A DNA stretch of 64,000 bases from Takakia lepidozioides (GCA_030704615.1 CM060734.1:24552001-24616000); one strand, 5' to 3'. Shown: positions 26,459 through 40,380, numbered from the stretch's first letter. The notes: a model not told the origin generated them from the letters alone. Numbers and translations are program-made.

Positions 26459-29149
26459 CAGACATGGAGCATTTGCTCTAGGTTTGCATCCTGTGTATGT
26501 CCTATATATTTGGTGTGATGAGCTGTACGATAATTGAGGGACAACAGATTCAATTTTTTGAACTCCCCTCTACAGAGCTTATGTAGTATGTGATTGTATG
26601 CACACCTCACTCACAGCAGACCTCAGGTTTGGAGCCCATCTCTGGAGGTCGGCTGGTGATCACCGGGCCCGGACAACTTATTTATGCAGGGCTATTCCAT
26701 GGGGCTTCTACAGCCTCAGATACCCATTGCCTTTCGTATGTTAGGGGTAGCCAAGTTGGAGGCAAGTGGCAACGCTTCCTCCACATTTTCCAGCATGGGT
26801 AGGCTGTTTGCTCATGTTTTTGGGCAAATTCTTGCCTAGAAAGATGAGCGAGGCTGGATCTCCCTTATGGCATGGACTCAGACCAAAATTGGGCAGTGCC
26901 ACAATGTGCTCGACAAGCTGTTCTATTGGCCTTTTACTAGTGGTAAATAGGATATAACCAGAGTGAGCTGCAAGCTGTTAAGTAGAGTCACTTGGGTTTG
27001 GTGATAAGGGTTTAACTGACTTGTCTGGTTAGCCCTGTTTACAGAGACCATCTTTCTAACTGCAGTGATTTCCAACATTGTCAAGCCTAGTAAGAGGGAT
27101 ACTGACAATCCATTCCTACTTGAACTATGATTTCCATCAACTGCATCCATCAACTGCAAGCATTAGGAGTAGGCGAGATTTGCTAAGGTTAGCCAGAGCA
27201 TGGTGGTGTTTCTTTGGTGTTTCATGAGGCAACAAGGGGGCCACAGTGTTCTATTCATTAATTGTTACTGTTCTTTAGGAAGGAAACTTGTAGGAATGAC
27301 AATTTGATTTAGTTCCCCGAGTAGTACAGCTAATTCTACCTTAGTGTGTTTATATATGCTGCATTGTCAGTTCAATGGGATTCTCATATGAATGCGAATG
27401 AGTGTGAACTACATTTGAAGTGAGCATGGCATGTATACATGGTGATGATCATTATTACTTTCGTTTCATAACAGTTTGAAGGATGCGGGTGTTTTTCTGG
27501 GGCAGCCTCCAGGGAATGCTGTATCACAGAGGTTGGATAAGGTGGAACCTTGGGAAGTGGTGGTGAGCATGAAGATTGATAGGGTGGAACAGACCACTGA
27601 ACCAAACAAATGCCCACTTTGTTGATTTGTATGAGTGCCTTCATGGCATCCGAAAATTCTTTTTTGTTAGTCATGCATGAGACCTTCCAAATCAGTACCC
27701 CAGCCCCAAGTTGGATTGGGAATCCCATTTGATGATATTGTCCTGGCCAGTGTATCAACAAAGAGCTTTATAGTGGGCACTCATCAAAATGAATTTTACT
27801 TTTATTTTGTTATATTTTACCAACTCAATACTGGACATCATTTAATTTATACACTTCATGAGAAGCCAGCCTAGCCCAAGACGGTAGCAAATGCATAGAT
27901 GTAAAGTGTATGGATGAGAAAGACCGTTACTTGTCATCCGATAATTATGGGAACAATTTCGGCGCCATCACACTTTGAAGGTTAAGTTCAGCCAACTTAC
28001 GGTGTTGCCCATGGACGTAAGTTTCATGTTTAGAGAGAAAGAAGACCAGCCGAAGCCAACGCAACTAAAGTCACTTCCATTGATATGCTCAAATATCCAA
28101 TTGAGACTCGTCACATTTCCATCACTTGATGCTTTTATTGAGTGTGATAGACAATAACGGTGAATGGTACCAGTACAAGTCATACATTATTAATATCAGT
28201 ATGCATATAGTTTTCACAATTATACGATAACCTTATATGGGCATATGATCTTTAAACGTTTTATTTAAATCTGAATTGAATATAGAATATCAAAAAAAGG
28301 GATTTATAAATAATTTGAACAACTGAGCGGACTCAGAGTCCAATTGGATTTTGGCCCGATCATAAAATGGTGTACTCACAAAACACAAACATTCTCTCAC
28401 CAACATACTCAAAGTGAACTCAAAGTGGGTATGCCAATTGAGCATGAATAGGACTATGCATATTGCCATAACACTCGCGAGCTTTTCTTTTCTTTTCGTA
28501 ATGTTGGAGACCTACAACCGAGATATTTTTCTTTATGCGCAAGGCAACGTCTGGCACGTCGAGTCACAAGTGGAAAACTTTAAAGAAAATGGTGCAACAC
28601 TTTGTGAAGACTCATTTTGAGCGCTGAAGCATATGCTCCCCCAAGACCAAGTTCTATGTCCGGGGTAGGGAAATCATTACCATAACAGGCTGTAATCAGA
28701 TTTACATGCCATGCAATCATCCATAGGAAACACAAAGAATCTGAATTGCTCATCCCATCAGGCCTACAGGTTACTTTGGTATTATTTATCCTAAAGCAAC
28801 TTGAATACAATGCCCGAATCATTCTGTTCACATCTACCAATGTCTTACCATTTTGGAAAATAGGTAAACATTCAAGGGCATATAACCAAGGACCAGATTT
28901 GGCCACAAAAGATCCATCCATATCAGTTTGGCATGGTATCAAGTGTCCTAAAGTAACCAGCTTCTAAAAGAGGCTAAGTTTCCAATGCTTGTACATTCAA
29001 GAACACTGTCTGGTCATGAAAACAGGTCTGCCCTACGTTGTAGCATGTTACCAGATCTCTTTAAAGCCATCAGCTTGTCATATCATTGCTCCATTGTCAC
29101 ATCAGTGTGCCATAGGGAACAAGAGATAGTCGCCATAATGATTGATTGT

Positions 29150-31110
29150 CCACCATACTAGGTTAAACATAGGAGCCATCAAGATCAAAGGAAAGAGGAA
29201 GAAAGGATTGTTCTCCCCCAAAGATACAGATGGCGTCGCTTCTTCAACTCGATTCCAATCTACTTCGAGCTTTCAAATCCACGTTAAAGTGAGGACCCTC
29301 ACCTGGTCCCATCACATGCAATCAGAAACAGTTAAGTTAGAGACGATGTGGAACCCCAGGTGAATCGCAGGTCTCACGCTTGTTATCGCTGTACAACATG
29401 CAATACAAAGCAGGGGCAGAAAGGAAACAGAGCATATGCAAGCCAATACCTTGATGGCTTGTGGAAGAGAGGCCTGCGCCATAGCTCTCAAGACCAGCAA
29501 ACAAGAATGCACAACAAAGCATGCACAAAGAAAGTGAATCGCCCAAACTTAAAGGAGTTCAGACACTTCCCCGAGGCCTTAAGATCGCCGCTTGTACCTT
29601 AATGATCAATGAAGGTCACAGCAAGCAACCACAACACAGGTAGATCGCCCGCCAAGCATTAGAGACAACCGCCACAGGGAAATTGCAGGTACTGCCGCCA
29701 TTGCGCACCCCGAGAGGGGAAGAAGGTACTGAATCTTGCCAGAACACCTAAATGCCTTAATGGCGCAGCTCCATGGCATTCAAGGGCGCCTGAATCGAGG
29801 TCCATGCGCCCCCCGCCACCATCTCTCAGCTCCAGCCATCCCTTAAGCACGATCGTCGTGCAGAGGGTTAGGGCAGGGAAGAGATGAAGCGCGATTTCCC
29901 GCGATTTCATCCACGTGATTTCCCACGATTTCATCCATTCGGGATGAAATCCATCACACGGGATGAACTCTACCGTGCAGGATGAAATCTATCGTGATTT
30001 CATCCGCGTTGGATGAAATTGTCTATCGATTTTTCATCCGTGTCATCCTCTGAGGATGACATCCATTTATGGATGAAAAAATTAAATAATAGGATGGCTC
30101 CATTAGGATCCTGACCTTATACCAAAAATCCGGGTAATGTAAATAACCGAAATTAACCAAATTCCAAGAAGGTTAATTAGGGGTTAGGTAACATACCACT
30201 GGTCTTAAACTATCAAGTTTTAAGAGAACCAGCCAGATCCATGGAGGGGGGAGAGAGAGGGAGAGAGATGGAACCCACCAACCATCCCCTGGTATGGCAG
30301 CTCCTTGTGGAGTGAGTGTGGTATGCACTCACCCCGTAAGGGAGTGCATACCAGACCCCATCACATAAATGACCTCCCTCTTCTTTGTAGCTTTTACTTC
30401 TGGTTACAAAGGAACCATAGAAATAAACATGCCTTTAATCTCAACTCTCCAAGGTCAACAAACAAAACAAGCCGTGACAAGCAAAGGTACATCAACACTT
30501 ACATCAGAATGTAGAGTTTTACCTTTTAGCTACACATAAGCTCTGATAATGGAAAGATGAGGCCAATGAAGGGACCTTAACTCCGAAATTCATGAAGCAA
30601 CAAACATGAAAGAAACTTTTATCAACCCTTTAGTGTTTACCTAGCCCATATTTTTGGGTACCACATGTGTACAAAACCAATGGGGGTAGGTTTAGGCAAT
30701 GAATTTTTTTGCCATTGGCATGTTCCAAGTTGGCAAGTTGTGACACAAACGAAGGTATATCAACACATACATCAAAATGTAGAGTTTTACCTTTTAGTGT
30801 TTATATAAGCTCTGGTGACCGGAAGAAGAGGCCAGTGAAAGAACCCTCAATTCCCAAGGTCATAAAGTAACAATCAGGAAAGAATCTTATATCAGACTTT
30901 TAGTGTTTGCCCACCCCTTGTTTTGGGTAAAACATGTGTACAAACCAAAGGGGGCAGGTATTGGGACTTAGGTAATGAAGTCTGGCAGGGGTTTACCACC
31001 TGGTATTCAGACAAAACATCTACCAGCAACATATCAGAATTGGGTATTTTTTATGGTGCTATAAAGAGCAAAGCCATAACGAGGAGAAACATAGAAACAT
31101 TTGAGCCAAA
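29150..31110 (-). repeat. Diverged inverted homolog of repeat R (matches ~14950-16560)
   Basis: Collinear reverse-complement anchors: TTTGCTCTTTATAGCACCA, GGGTCTGGTATGCACTCC, CTGCCATACCAGGGG, CTGCCCTAA..TCGTGCTT and CAGGTGAGGGTC.TCACT. Confidence 0.75.
30484..30960 (+). repeat. Diverged tandem duplication, ~268 bp period
   Basis: aaggta.atcaacac.tacatca.aatgtagagttttaccttttag at 30484 and 30752, with shared downstream blocks. Confidence 0.8.
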
Positions 31111-31120
31111 GAAAAGGAAC

Positions 31121-33405
31121 TGATCATTGTTGATGTTGACGATGAGTTCTATAAAAGCAAAGAAGCTGAGATGCTGGGGGGGTCAGAAGGTAAACTCTCA
31201 GCTTGTGGTGCAAAGTATGCTTGCCCCGGGTGGGAGGTTGAAGATTCCCCTGTGTAGGTTGGTTTCCATGCCCGTCGTTTGTCCACCCCTCATCAAGGAC
31301 TGAAGCTGGAGGCCGAGTTTGTTCATGGGTATTTGGATGGATCCACAGTCTTTTACGTTTCTACAAAGGATTCCAGAGGCAATGAGCTCCTTGTGGATGA
31401 GTCAATCGTGGACTCCTGGGATCCCATTTGGAGACAGGTGAACGAATCCTTTGGACTTCTTCTCTCCATGAAACCTTCCACCCATGCATTCTCAGGGAAG
31501 ATGTTTCATGTTTGGGATGGCAACCACCGGTTGCTTGCATGGATGGCTGTCATTGGGAGGCTGCACTCACAGGAGGAAGAGTGACATTACTCTGTTCGAT
31601 CAATGGTACTGGATTGTGACGGGAACATGATGGGTCTTCTGACGGCAATGAATGATGTGAACAGGTTGGTTTCTCATTCTACATGTTCCACTTGTGGTTC
31701 CGTGGTTCTTTGATTCAAGTCCTTGAATTTCATTCTGACTTTCAGATATCATTCTGCAGAGGGACGGAGACATCGCATGTCAAAACGAGTCTGGTTCACA
31801 CACTGTATAGGATACAAAGGATCGGGCAGATGCCCTTGACCAACTTCAAGACCATCCTTTTAGCAGAGACGTACAAGAAGTGCGAAAGCTCCAAGACATC
31901 AGAAACGTGGTACTCGTTGACCCGTGAGGCTTTCATGGAGTACATGTACACGGTGAGATACATCTTCCTTCATCTGGCCTTTCCATATTCCTGCTTCCAC
32001 ATGTTTGTTTCTGTTTGTTTCCCTTGACCTTGGGTTGATGCAACTCTCGTGCATTCCCTTGCAGCAAGACATTGCAGATGCAGGGGAGCGTGACAAACTG
32101 GAATACTACAGCTCAACCCCTGAGGAGAGAAGGACAGCAAAGGGGGTTGTGAGTCACATCCAGAAAGAGATGACCGCTACAAGAAGGACTATAATGAGTG
32201 CTTTTGTGAAGCAGTTGAGAATCGCCGACCCATCATTTGGATCGCAGTTTCTCCTGGAGATAAAAAAAAAAACCATTATAACAAGCCAGACAAGCCAGAG
32301 ATGGCCTAGGAGAAGTTGCACAGGTTGTGTTGTTGTGTCTTCAGAACAGAAGGTGAAGTGGCTACAGATATGGAACTCCGATCCCACTGTTAGGGATACC
32401 CACATGTTCCCCAGGCCGGAGAAAGAGAAGAAGACCCAGCGTGTCATTCTTGTCAGTGACAATGTGCTGGACACATGGCTTCACAAGGCCACTTACTGGA
32501 GCCAGGTGTGATGTCCTTTCCTGTGTCACTTTCTTTTCTCTTTTCCTGTCCTTCTCTTTCCATTGCCTCTTACATTCGTTGTGATTGTTTTTGGGTTCAT
32601 TCTTGCATTTGAATTGTTTTGCAGTTGGAAGAAAGGGCCCGGTCGGTTCTGCATACTCAGCTGGCTGACTATGGCATCACTATGACAGCACCGAAGGTCT
32701 CCTTCGAAGCATACATGAGGAAATGGAGAGCCACAGTGTGGCACTCTTGTTTCTTTAGAGAGTTCAGCAAGGAGGGTGGCATCAGTCGAACAAATGACCT
32801 TGACCAGCAAGAAAAAGGAGAGGAAGCCTGGAAACGATGCCTTTACAGGTGCACACCCTGGGCCGTTCAGGCTACTTAGTGTGTTGTGGTTGCAATGTAC
32901 TGTGTCGCATACTGTTTAAGGGGGTCTTCCTGGTGTGATGGAAAAGCTGAGAGACAATAATTGCATTGCATAATGAGGTTGTCTCTGTTCCTGCAGGTAC
33001 ATAAAGTTTGTTCTCATGGAAGAGAATTGCTTAGACAAACATCCAGATTTCGTGGACCTTTGGCTTGTCCCTGCTGGCAACCAGACCATGTTTACTACTG
33101 GGATCTTGCATGATTGGGGCCCAGAACATCTTTCTTCTTGTGGTTGGTATTTGGATTGCCCTCCTTCTGAGACCCCAGCTCCGGAGGTGTCTTTGAGGAG
33201 AGAGAATGAGCGTATTGCAGCCACTGCCGCAGCAGCCGACCTCGACATTCATGAACAAAATTTGAGGACTCTTGCAGAGAAGGAGCCTCCCGCTCAGGAT
33301 ACCCCGGGTAGAGGAAGAAAGGCAAAGGGAAAAGATGTTGCTGGTGTTGTGGGGAGAGGAAGGGGTAGAGGGAAGGTGGCACAAGGACAGGGAAGTGTTG
33401 CAGAC
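31121..33405 (+). pseudogene. Spliced gene with a ParB/Sulfiredoxin-like N-terminal domain; degenerate and 3'-truncated by gypsy copy B
   Basis: RLKIPLCRLV...LKLEAEFVHGY...FHVWDGNHRLLAW. Four phase-consistent GT-AG introns (31665-31759, 31953-32064, 32506-32624, 32849-32996). Stop at 31582-31584 and several frameshifts. Confidence 0.7.
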
Positions 33406-36400
33406 GAAGAAGGAGGAGAGGATGTGGCAGAGCCAACGGAGAGTTCAGACTCTCCAACACCATTGCAGTTGAGTTACATAAGTGAAGAAGAAACCCAAGG
33501 GCAGAACTTGGAGGATGAAAACAGAGATAAGAAATTGGAAGAGGAAGAGTATGAAGAAGTAGACCCAACAGCTAAGGTTGAGACTACAACCAGGACATCC
33601 CAACCCGTTGGACCTGGATCAAGTGGAGCACTTGGATCACAGGCCAACGAAGGTGTCGGCTCAGGGGGATCAGGCGGGCAGCCTGGATCTGGCTCTGGGG
33701 GGACAGGGAGTGTGGGAAGTAGTACAACTGGAACTGGGAATACTGTGGGGCCAGTAGCAGGGAGTGCTCAGGGGCCACCACTTGGTGGAAGTTCCATCAC
33801 AACTACAACAGGTCCTCAAGGACCAGCACCAGCAAGGGGGCCAGCATCTGTCAGTGGGCAGAAGGTAGGGCCACAGATGGCGTTACAACCAACACGGGCA
33901 AAACCACCTTTTCCAATATATTCAGGAAAAGGGGATCCTGATGTACACATTAGCCAATTTGAGCACATGTATATTGTGAACAATGAGAATGGTGATGATG
34001 CCAAGATGAGACTGTTTCCTTGTTCACTTATAAAGAAAGCAAGTGAATGGTATACAAGATTCCCTGATAATCATTTCCTAACCTGGAATGGCTTGAATAC
34101 AGCATTCCGAAATAGGTTCAGGACAAGTAAAACTGAGGATGAAGTGTATGGAAGTTTACAACAGTTAAAGCAAAAGAAGCATGAAACTATTGAGGAGTAT
34201 ATGGAATTGATGGAATTGATGATGAAAAAGATGGCTGCTGTACCAGCACCAGGTTTACAGAAGACTTGGTTTGTGAGTGGACTAGGACCAGAGTTACAAA
34301 AGAAAGTGGATATGTTACCCCATAATACAGTGGAGGAGGCATTTGAAACAGCGAACAGAATTGAGCAATTGAGAATGCTCAGGAGAGAGAAAAGGGATGA
34401 TGAGGACTCTGAGGATGAGTCAGATGAGGAAGAAGAGCAAGAGTTGAAAAGGAAGAGTAAGAGGAAGGAAAAGTTGAAGAGGGATAACTATGAGAAAAGA
34501 TTAGAAGAAATCTTGAAGAAGTATGCCACAGAGGCTGCAACACATTGGAGGAAGGGTGTTTGGTGTGCAAAGTGCCAGAATGAAGGCCATACCACCACTG
34601 AATGCCACATGAAGGAGAAACACTGTACTATCTGTAAAATGGATAACCATTCTACTGAGAATTGCTACTACAACAGAAGGACAGCAGCTAGAGAACCTAG
34701 GCAAGTAAGGGTGCATCAAGTGCAGCCCCAGCCAAGAAGAAACAATGATCAGGACCACTATGGTAGGCCAAGTGGTTATAACAATGGCATGGAAGGGAGA
34801 GGTAATCCAAGAGGGAATTACCAAGGAAATTCCAGAGGCAACTATCAGGGTAATCCAAGGGGGAATTACCAGCCAGGGAATCAGGATTACAGAAACAATC
34901 CCAGAACAGACCAAGGGCGAGGACCTAATGGGGAAGAACTGTGTTACTATTGTAATCAGGCAGGACATTGCAAGGCAGCCTGTCCATTCTGGATCAGACA
35001 CCAGAATGAGATGAGAGCTCCTGTGAATGAGGGGCCAGTGGTGGCAACTCACATGGTTAGGCCATGTGTTGTACCAGAAGTAAGTACAATGATAGTAACC
35101 AGAAGCAAAGCCAAAATAATACCTCCAGTAGATGAGGAAGGTGATGATAATGAAGATGGCAGTGATGTGCCTGAAGATGATGAGGCTTGGAGAGATGAGA
35201 AGGAACTGCACAAGGAAGTGGCAGATACCATAAGGAAAATGCAGAAGAGTACTGATATTCCTATGGCACATTCCTCTGATTCTGAAAGAGAAGAGGAAGT
35301 GAGTGAGGATGAAGGGAAGAAAGAAGCTGCGGAAATGCAGAGTAATGAAGGGACTTTGGCTGAAGTAATATGCCAAACCAAAGCGAAGATTACCATTGGA
35401 CAGCTATTGGATGTGGCACCTTATTGTAGACACAGGCTGTATCAAGCAATCAATCGAATTGCCCATGTGACAGGGAACACAGACCTGAACAACAAGGTGA
35501 CCAGTTATAATCCAATTGAGAATTGGAAGCACATAACTAACTGATGTACAAATAGATGGAGGCTCTGGAGTGAATATCATGACAGACCAATTAAGGCAAA
35601 AGCTTGGTCTAAGTAACATGAAACCAGCCCCATTTATAGTAACAATGGCAGATCAAAGAAGTGTACAGCCATTGGGATTGATAAGAGGAGTTAAGATACA
35701 GATACAAAAGATGATCTTTATGATCACAGTAACTGTGTTGAAAATGGATGAAGTCATGGAAGCTTACTCCTTATTGTTAGGACGACCGTGGCTGAAACAG
35801 GCCAGGGTATTCCATGACTGGAATTCCCAGTTACTAACAGTGCATGATGGGATGCACAAGATCCAAATCACCACCAAGAAATCTAGTAGACTACCTGCTA
35901 CGAGAAGACCTCGAGGGGTCAGGAAGTATGACTGGAGGGGAGGACTTGATGAGGAACAGGAAGCTACCCTGTTCGCTGCACACCCAGAGTGGGAGCAGGT
36001 TGTAGAGATGCAACTGGAAGGCCTAAGTTGTTTAAAAGGTATTTGCTGTGGTGTAGTGACAGCAACACCAATTGAAGGTGAAACAAGCAGTTACCCACCA
36101 CATTTCTATGAAGACAGAGAGGGAGAAATGGAAATCCTAGAGGAACCAGCCACTGTGAGTTTACAGGATGAAGTGGTGACTGGTTGGACAATCACAGCTG
36201 ATGAGCAGGTGAGAGAAGTGAATATCGGAACTGAAGAGGAACCGAGGATGGTGAAGGTAGGGGCTGATTTGGAGCCAGAATTCTTTGAGGAAGCTAAAAG
36301 TCTGTTCATCAAATACAAAGATGTATTTGCTTGGAGCTACGAGGATCTGAAAGGGATACCACCTGAGATCTGTCAGCATAAGATTGAACTGAAACCAGAG

Positions 36401-39400
36401 TCAGTACCAATCAAACAGGCAAGGTACAGAATGAATCCCAACTATGCACATAAGGTTGGAGAAGAGATCAAGAAGTTGGCTGAGGCTAAGTTTATATACC
36501 CAATAGAGTATACAACTTGGTTGTCACCCATTGTGATAGTTCCCAAGAAGAATGGTAAACTGAGAGTTTGTGTGAACTATAAGAAGTTGAATGCTTGCAC
36601 GAAGAAAGATCCTTTCCCTTTGCCATTCACAGAAGCGGTATTGGACACTGTGGCAGGCCATGAGATGTACTCATTCATGGATGGCTTCAGTGGTTATAAT
36701 CAAGTGCAAGTGGCAGAAGAAGACCAGGGAAAGACAGCTTTCATCACAGACTGGGGTGCTTATGCATACAAAGTCATGCCTTTTGGACTTTGTAATGCAC
36801 CAGCAACCTTTCAGAGAGTGATAAGTGAATCTTTTCATGAGTATTTGGATGATTTCATGCAGGTGTTCTTGGATGATTTCAGTATGTACAGCTCTAAGAA
36901 TGAGCACTTGCATAAATTGGAGTTATGTTTGGCCAGATGCAGGATGAGAGGTCTGGGCCTGAATCCAGAGAAGTGTACTTTCTGTGTGAACTCAGGGGTG
37001 CTTTTGGGACACATTGTGTGTAAGAGGGGACTTCTTGTGGATCCCAGAAAGATAAAGGCCATTAAAGCCTCTCCACCACCAGTAAATGTTAAGAGTCTAA
37101 GGAGATTCCTTGGACAAACCAGTTATTACAGAAGATTTGTTAGACGGTATGCACAGATAGCAGCACCATTGAGCAAGCTTCTGAAGAAGGATGCAGTGTT
37201 TGCATGGACAGCTGAATGTCAACAGGCTTTTGAGAAACTTACATTGTCAGTAACAACTACACCTGTGCTGATTAACCCTCACTGGCATGTAGTATTTCAT
37301 GTTCATTGTGATGCCTCAGGAGAAGCGTTGGGAGCAGTGTTAGCCCAAAATGTTACAGGAAATATAGATTTACCTGTGTACTATGCTAGCAGGTTGATGA
37401 ATAGTGCTGAAAGGAACTATAGCACAACCGAAACAGAAGCACTGGCAATGATTTATGCAGTCAAGAAATTCAGGCATTACCTATTGGGAAGAAAATTTAT
37501 GTTTTATGTGGATCACCAGGCTCTGATATATCTGGTGAACAAACCTTTGATAAGTGGAAGGATAGCAAGGTGGTTAATAATCTTGCACGAGTTTGAGTTC
37601 GAAGTTGTTTACAAGCCTGGCCGTTTGCATCTTGTGGCAGATCACTTGTCACGCCTATCAACAGGAGAGCCCACCACAGGAGTAGACGACCAATTACCTT
37701 ATGCGAGTTTATTTGCGGTGGAGGTGCAGGGAAGTGCAAATGACCGGTTAGATTGGCAGTGGCCAATCAGATACTACCTTACTCATGGCCAGTGCCCACC
37801 TAGTTATGGAAAGGAGCAGAGGAAGAGAATCGCTATCAAGGCTTTACCTTATACTATGGTAGGGGGTAGGATGTATAAGCTAGGACCTGATGGAGTACTT
37901 AAACGATGCTTGTATCACCATGAAGTAAATAAAGTTTTGGAGGAAGTTCATAAAGGAGTGGCTGGAGGTCATTTGGAGAAGAGACTACCAGTAGAAAGAT
38001 ACTACTTGCAGGTTACTGGTGGCCTACTTTGTTCAAGGATGTACACAAGTATTGTCAGAGTTGTGATGAGTGTCAGAGGCTAGGACCATTGCAGAGATCT
38101 GGGAAGATGGCTTTGCATCCTACGATGCCTACCGAACCATTTCAGAAATGGGGACTAGACTTTGTTGGACCAATTAACCCACCAGCCAAGAATACACAGA
38201 ACAAGTATATAATCACAGCCACTGATTATACTACAAAGTGGGTGGAAGCTAAAGCTCTGAGGGACAACACAGCTAAGTCCACAACAAGGTTCCTGTATGA
38301 GAACATACTTACACGATTTGGCTGTCCCCTGGAATTTATCAGTGACCAGGGAAGTCACTTCATTAATGAGACCATTGAACTATTGACTAAAGAGTTCATG
38401 ATTGTGCATAGGAAGAGTACAACATATTACCCACAGGGTAATGGGCAGGCAGAGGCTACCAACAAAATACTATGTACTATCTTGGCTAAGATAGTCAATG
38501 CAAACAGAACAGATTGGGATACAAAGCTGCTGACAACTTTGTGGTCATACATGACTTCATATAAAGTCACCACTAAGTATACACCATTCCAATTAGTTTA
38601 TGGTATGGAAGCTTTACTTCCAGTGGAATTCTTGTTATCTACCATGAGAACTGAACGGGGAAGGAGAATGGAATTGGAATATTCAATTAAGGTCAGGAAA
38701 CATGAATTATACCATCTGGAAGAAGTACGTGCTGATGCAGCTGATAACATGACCAGAATTCAGATGAAGAGGAAGGATCAGTTTGATGAAGGTAAATTAA
38801 AGACTTTTAAGATGAGAGATTTGGTACTGTGGTTGCAGAAGAAGGGGAAGATTAAAGCTTCTAAGCTTAAATCACCATGGAAATGACCTTATGTCATATT
38901 GAAGATGTATGATAATAACACCGTCATGCTACAAACCATTAACAAAGAAATGCTGGGAAGAGTCAATGCCAATAAGTTGAAGGGGTACAGTGGTATCCAT
39001 GACAAACCATTGCAGCATGATTTGCATGTTGAAACGCAAAAACAGTCATGGGCTGCGCCAGTGATACCAACGGAGTATGGAGCACTTGTCGCTAAGCCGA
39101 GCGTGTATGACCAGGGCGGGAAGTACAGGTGTTCGCATAGCTATCACAGCCCATCACAGCGTGACACAACCTATCACAGCCCATCACAGTGTCACACAGC
39201 CTATCACAGCCCATCACAGCGTGACAGAGCCTATCACAGCCCATCACAGTGTCACACAGCCTATCACAGCCCACCACAGTGCCACACAGCCTGTCATAGC
39301 CCAACACAGCCCATGCAGGTTACACAGTCCATAGGGTCAGTGACAGGTGGACGCGAATTAACGTCAGAAAAGTGGCCATCAAGTGAAGAAGAAGTTTGGA

Positions 39401-39734
39401 AGTCAAACTTGGAGAATATGCCACGCGGAGAGGGGAAGCCGGGGGCATGTCTAGAAACGGACACGTGGCCACTAAGGCGAAGCACACCACACTGCATCGA
39501 TTGCAAGAGTGGGTCTCATCATACAAGAGGACAAATCGGGCCGTCAAAGTACCTACCCTGTACAGCCGCTAAGACTATTTGTGGGCCCATTAATGCATTC
39601 AGAGTAAGGGTAACGGAACCCTTTCCAAGTACCAAAAAAAAAAAAAAAAAAAAAAACCTATGCCACATGTGTTGTCCTACTGGACATTCCAAGTGGGAAT
39701 GTCCACGGAGGGGGGTGGAATTAAGAAGTTACCA
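33406..39734 (+). pseudogene. gag-pol: Gag-Pol of copy B (Gag with knuckles, protease, RT FLDD, RNase H, integrase), disrupted
   Basis: [68 protein letters not shown]. ~56 bp deletion at ~35510, frameshift at ~37974, stop at 38884-38886. Confidence 0.93.
39140..39312 (+). repeat. 30 bp tandem repeat (CTATCACAGCCCATCACAGYGTSACACAGC) after the integrase of copy B
   Basis: About 5.5 units visible. Confidence 0.9.
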
Positions 39735-40380
39735 ACGCGCTTCATCTTTGAAGTAAGGCTTCAAAAGGGAAACATGGAATACTGGGTGCACCTTGCTGTT
39801 TGCTGGCAGCTCCAATTCATACACATCCTCATTCATAACCTTCCGAATGCGAAAGGGTCCCGCATACGGAGGTACGAACTTCGGACTCACTTCCGGAGGT
39901 AGTCGGAAATTCTTGATGTTCAACCAGACCTCTGTGCCTGCCTCAAACTTCACTTCCCTTCGCTTCCGATTCGCCTGCCTTTCATACCGTTTCCTAGCTT
40001 TGGCAATGTTGTACTTTGCGAGCTTCAACAAACGCTCGCGTTCTTCCAGTATCGCCGCTACTGCCGGTTCCTCAACGTCCTGGGCGGCCCAACTTGTCGG
40101 CACCAGGGGTGCTTTTCCATAGACCAATACGAAAGGGGAAACTCCCGTTGAGGAGTGTTCTGTGTTATTATAACAGAACTCTGCCGCGTCTAAGTGTTCC
40201 ACCCAGTCTGTTTGGTCTGGCGACACGTAATTCCGCAGGATCTGTTTCACTACGGAATTCACTCTTTATGTTTGGCCGTCGGTCGTAGGTCGGAAGGCGG
40301 TGCTCATCTTCAGCCTCGTCCCCATCTTCTTCCAAAGTGCCCTCCAAAATTTACTGGTAAACTTTGGATCGCGGTCCGGC
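39735..40380 (-). pseudogene. Antisense integrase fragment from a different, chromovirus-type Ty3/gypsy lineage
   Basis: [54 protein letters not shown]; absent from copy C. Confidence 0.88.

Noticed and set aside
15558-30359. GGGTCTGGTATGCACTCC as the TIRs of a 14.8 kb transposon
   Set aside because: Inverted homology continues outward past these sites and there is no TSD, so they are internal to a longer repeat.
34501-35376. Long antisense ORFs opposite gag (also 62785..63555)
   Set aside because: Shadow frames of purine-rich coding sequence; broken in copy C.
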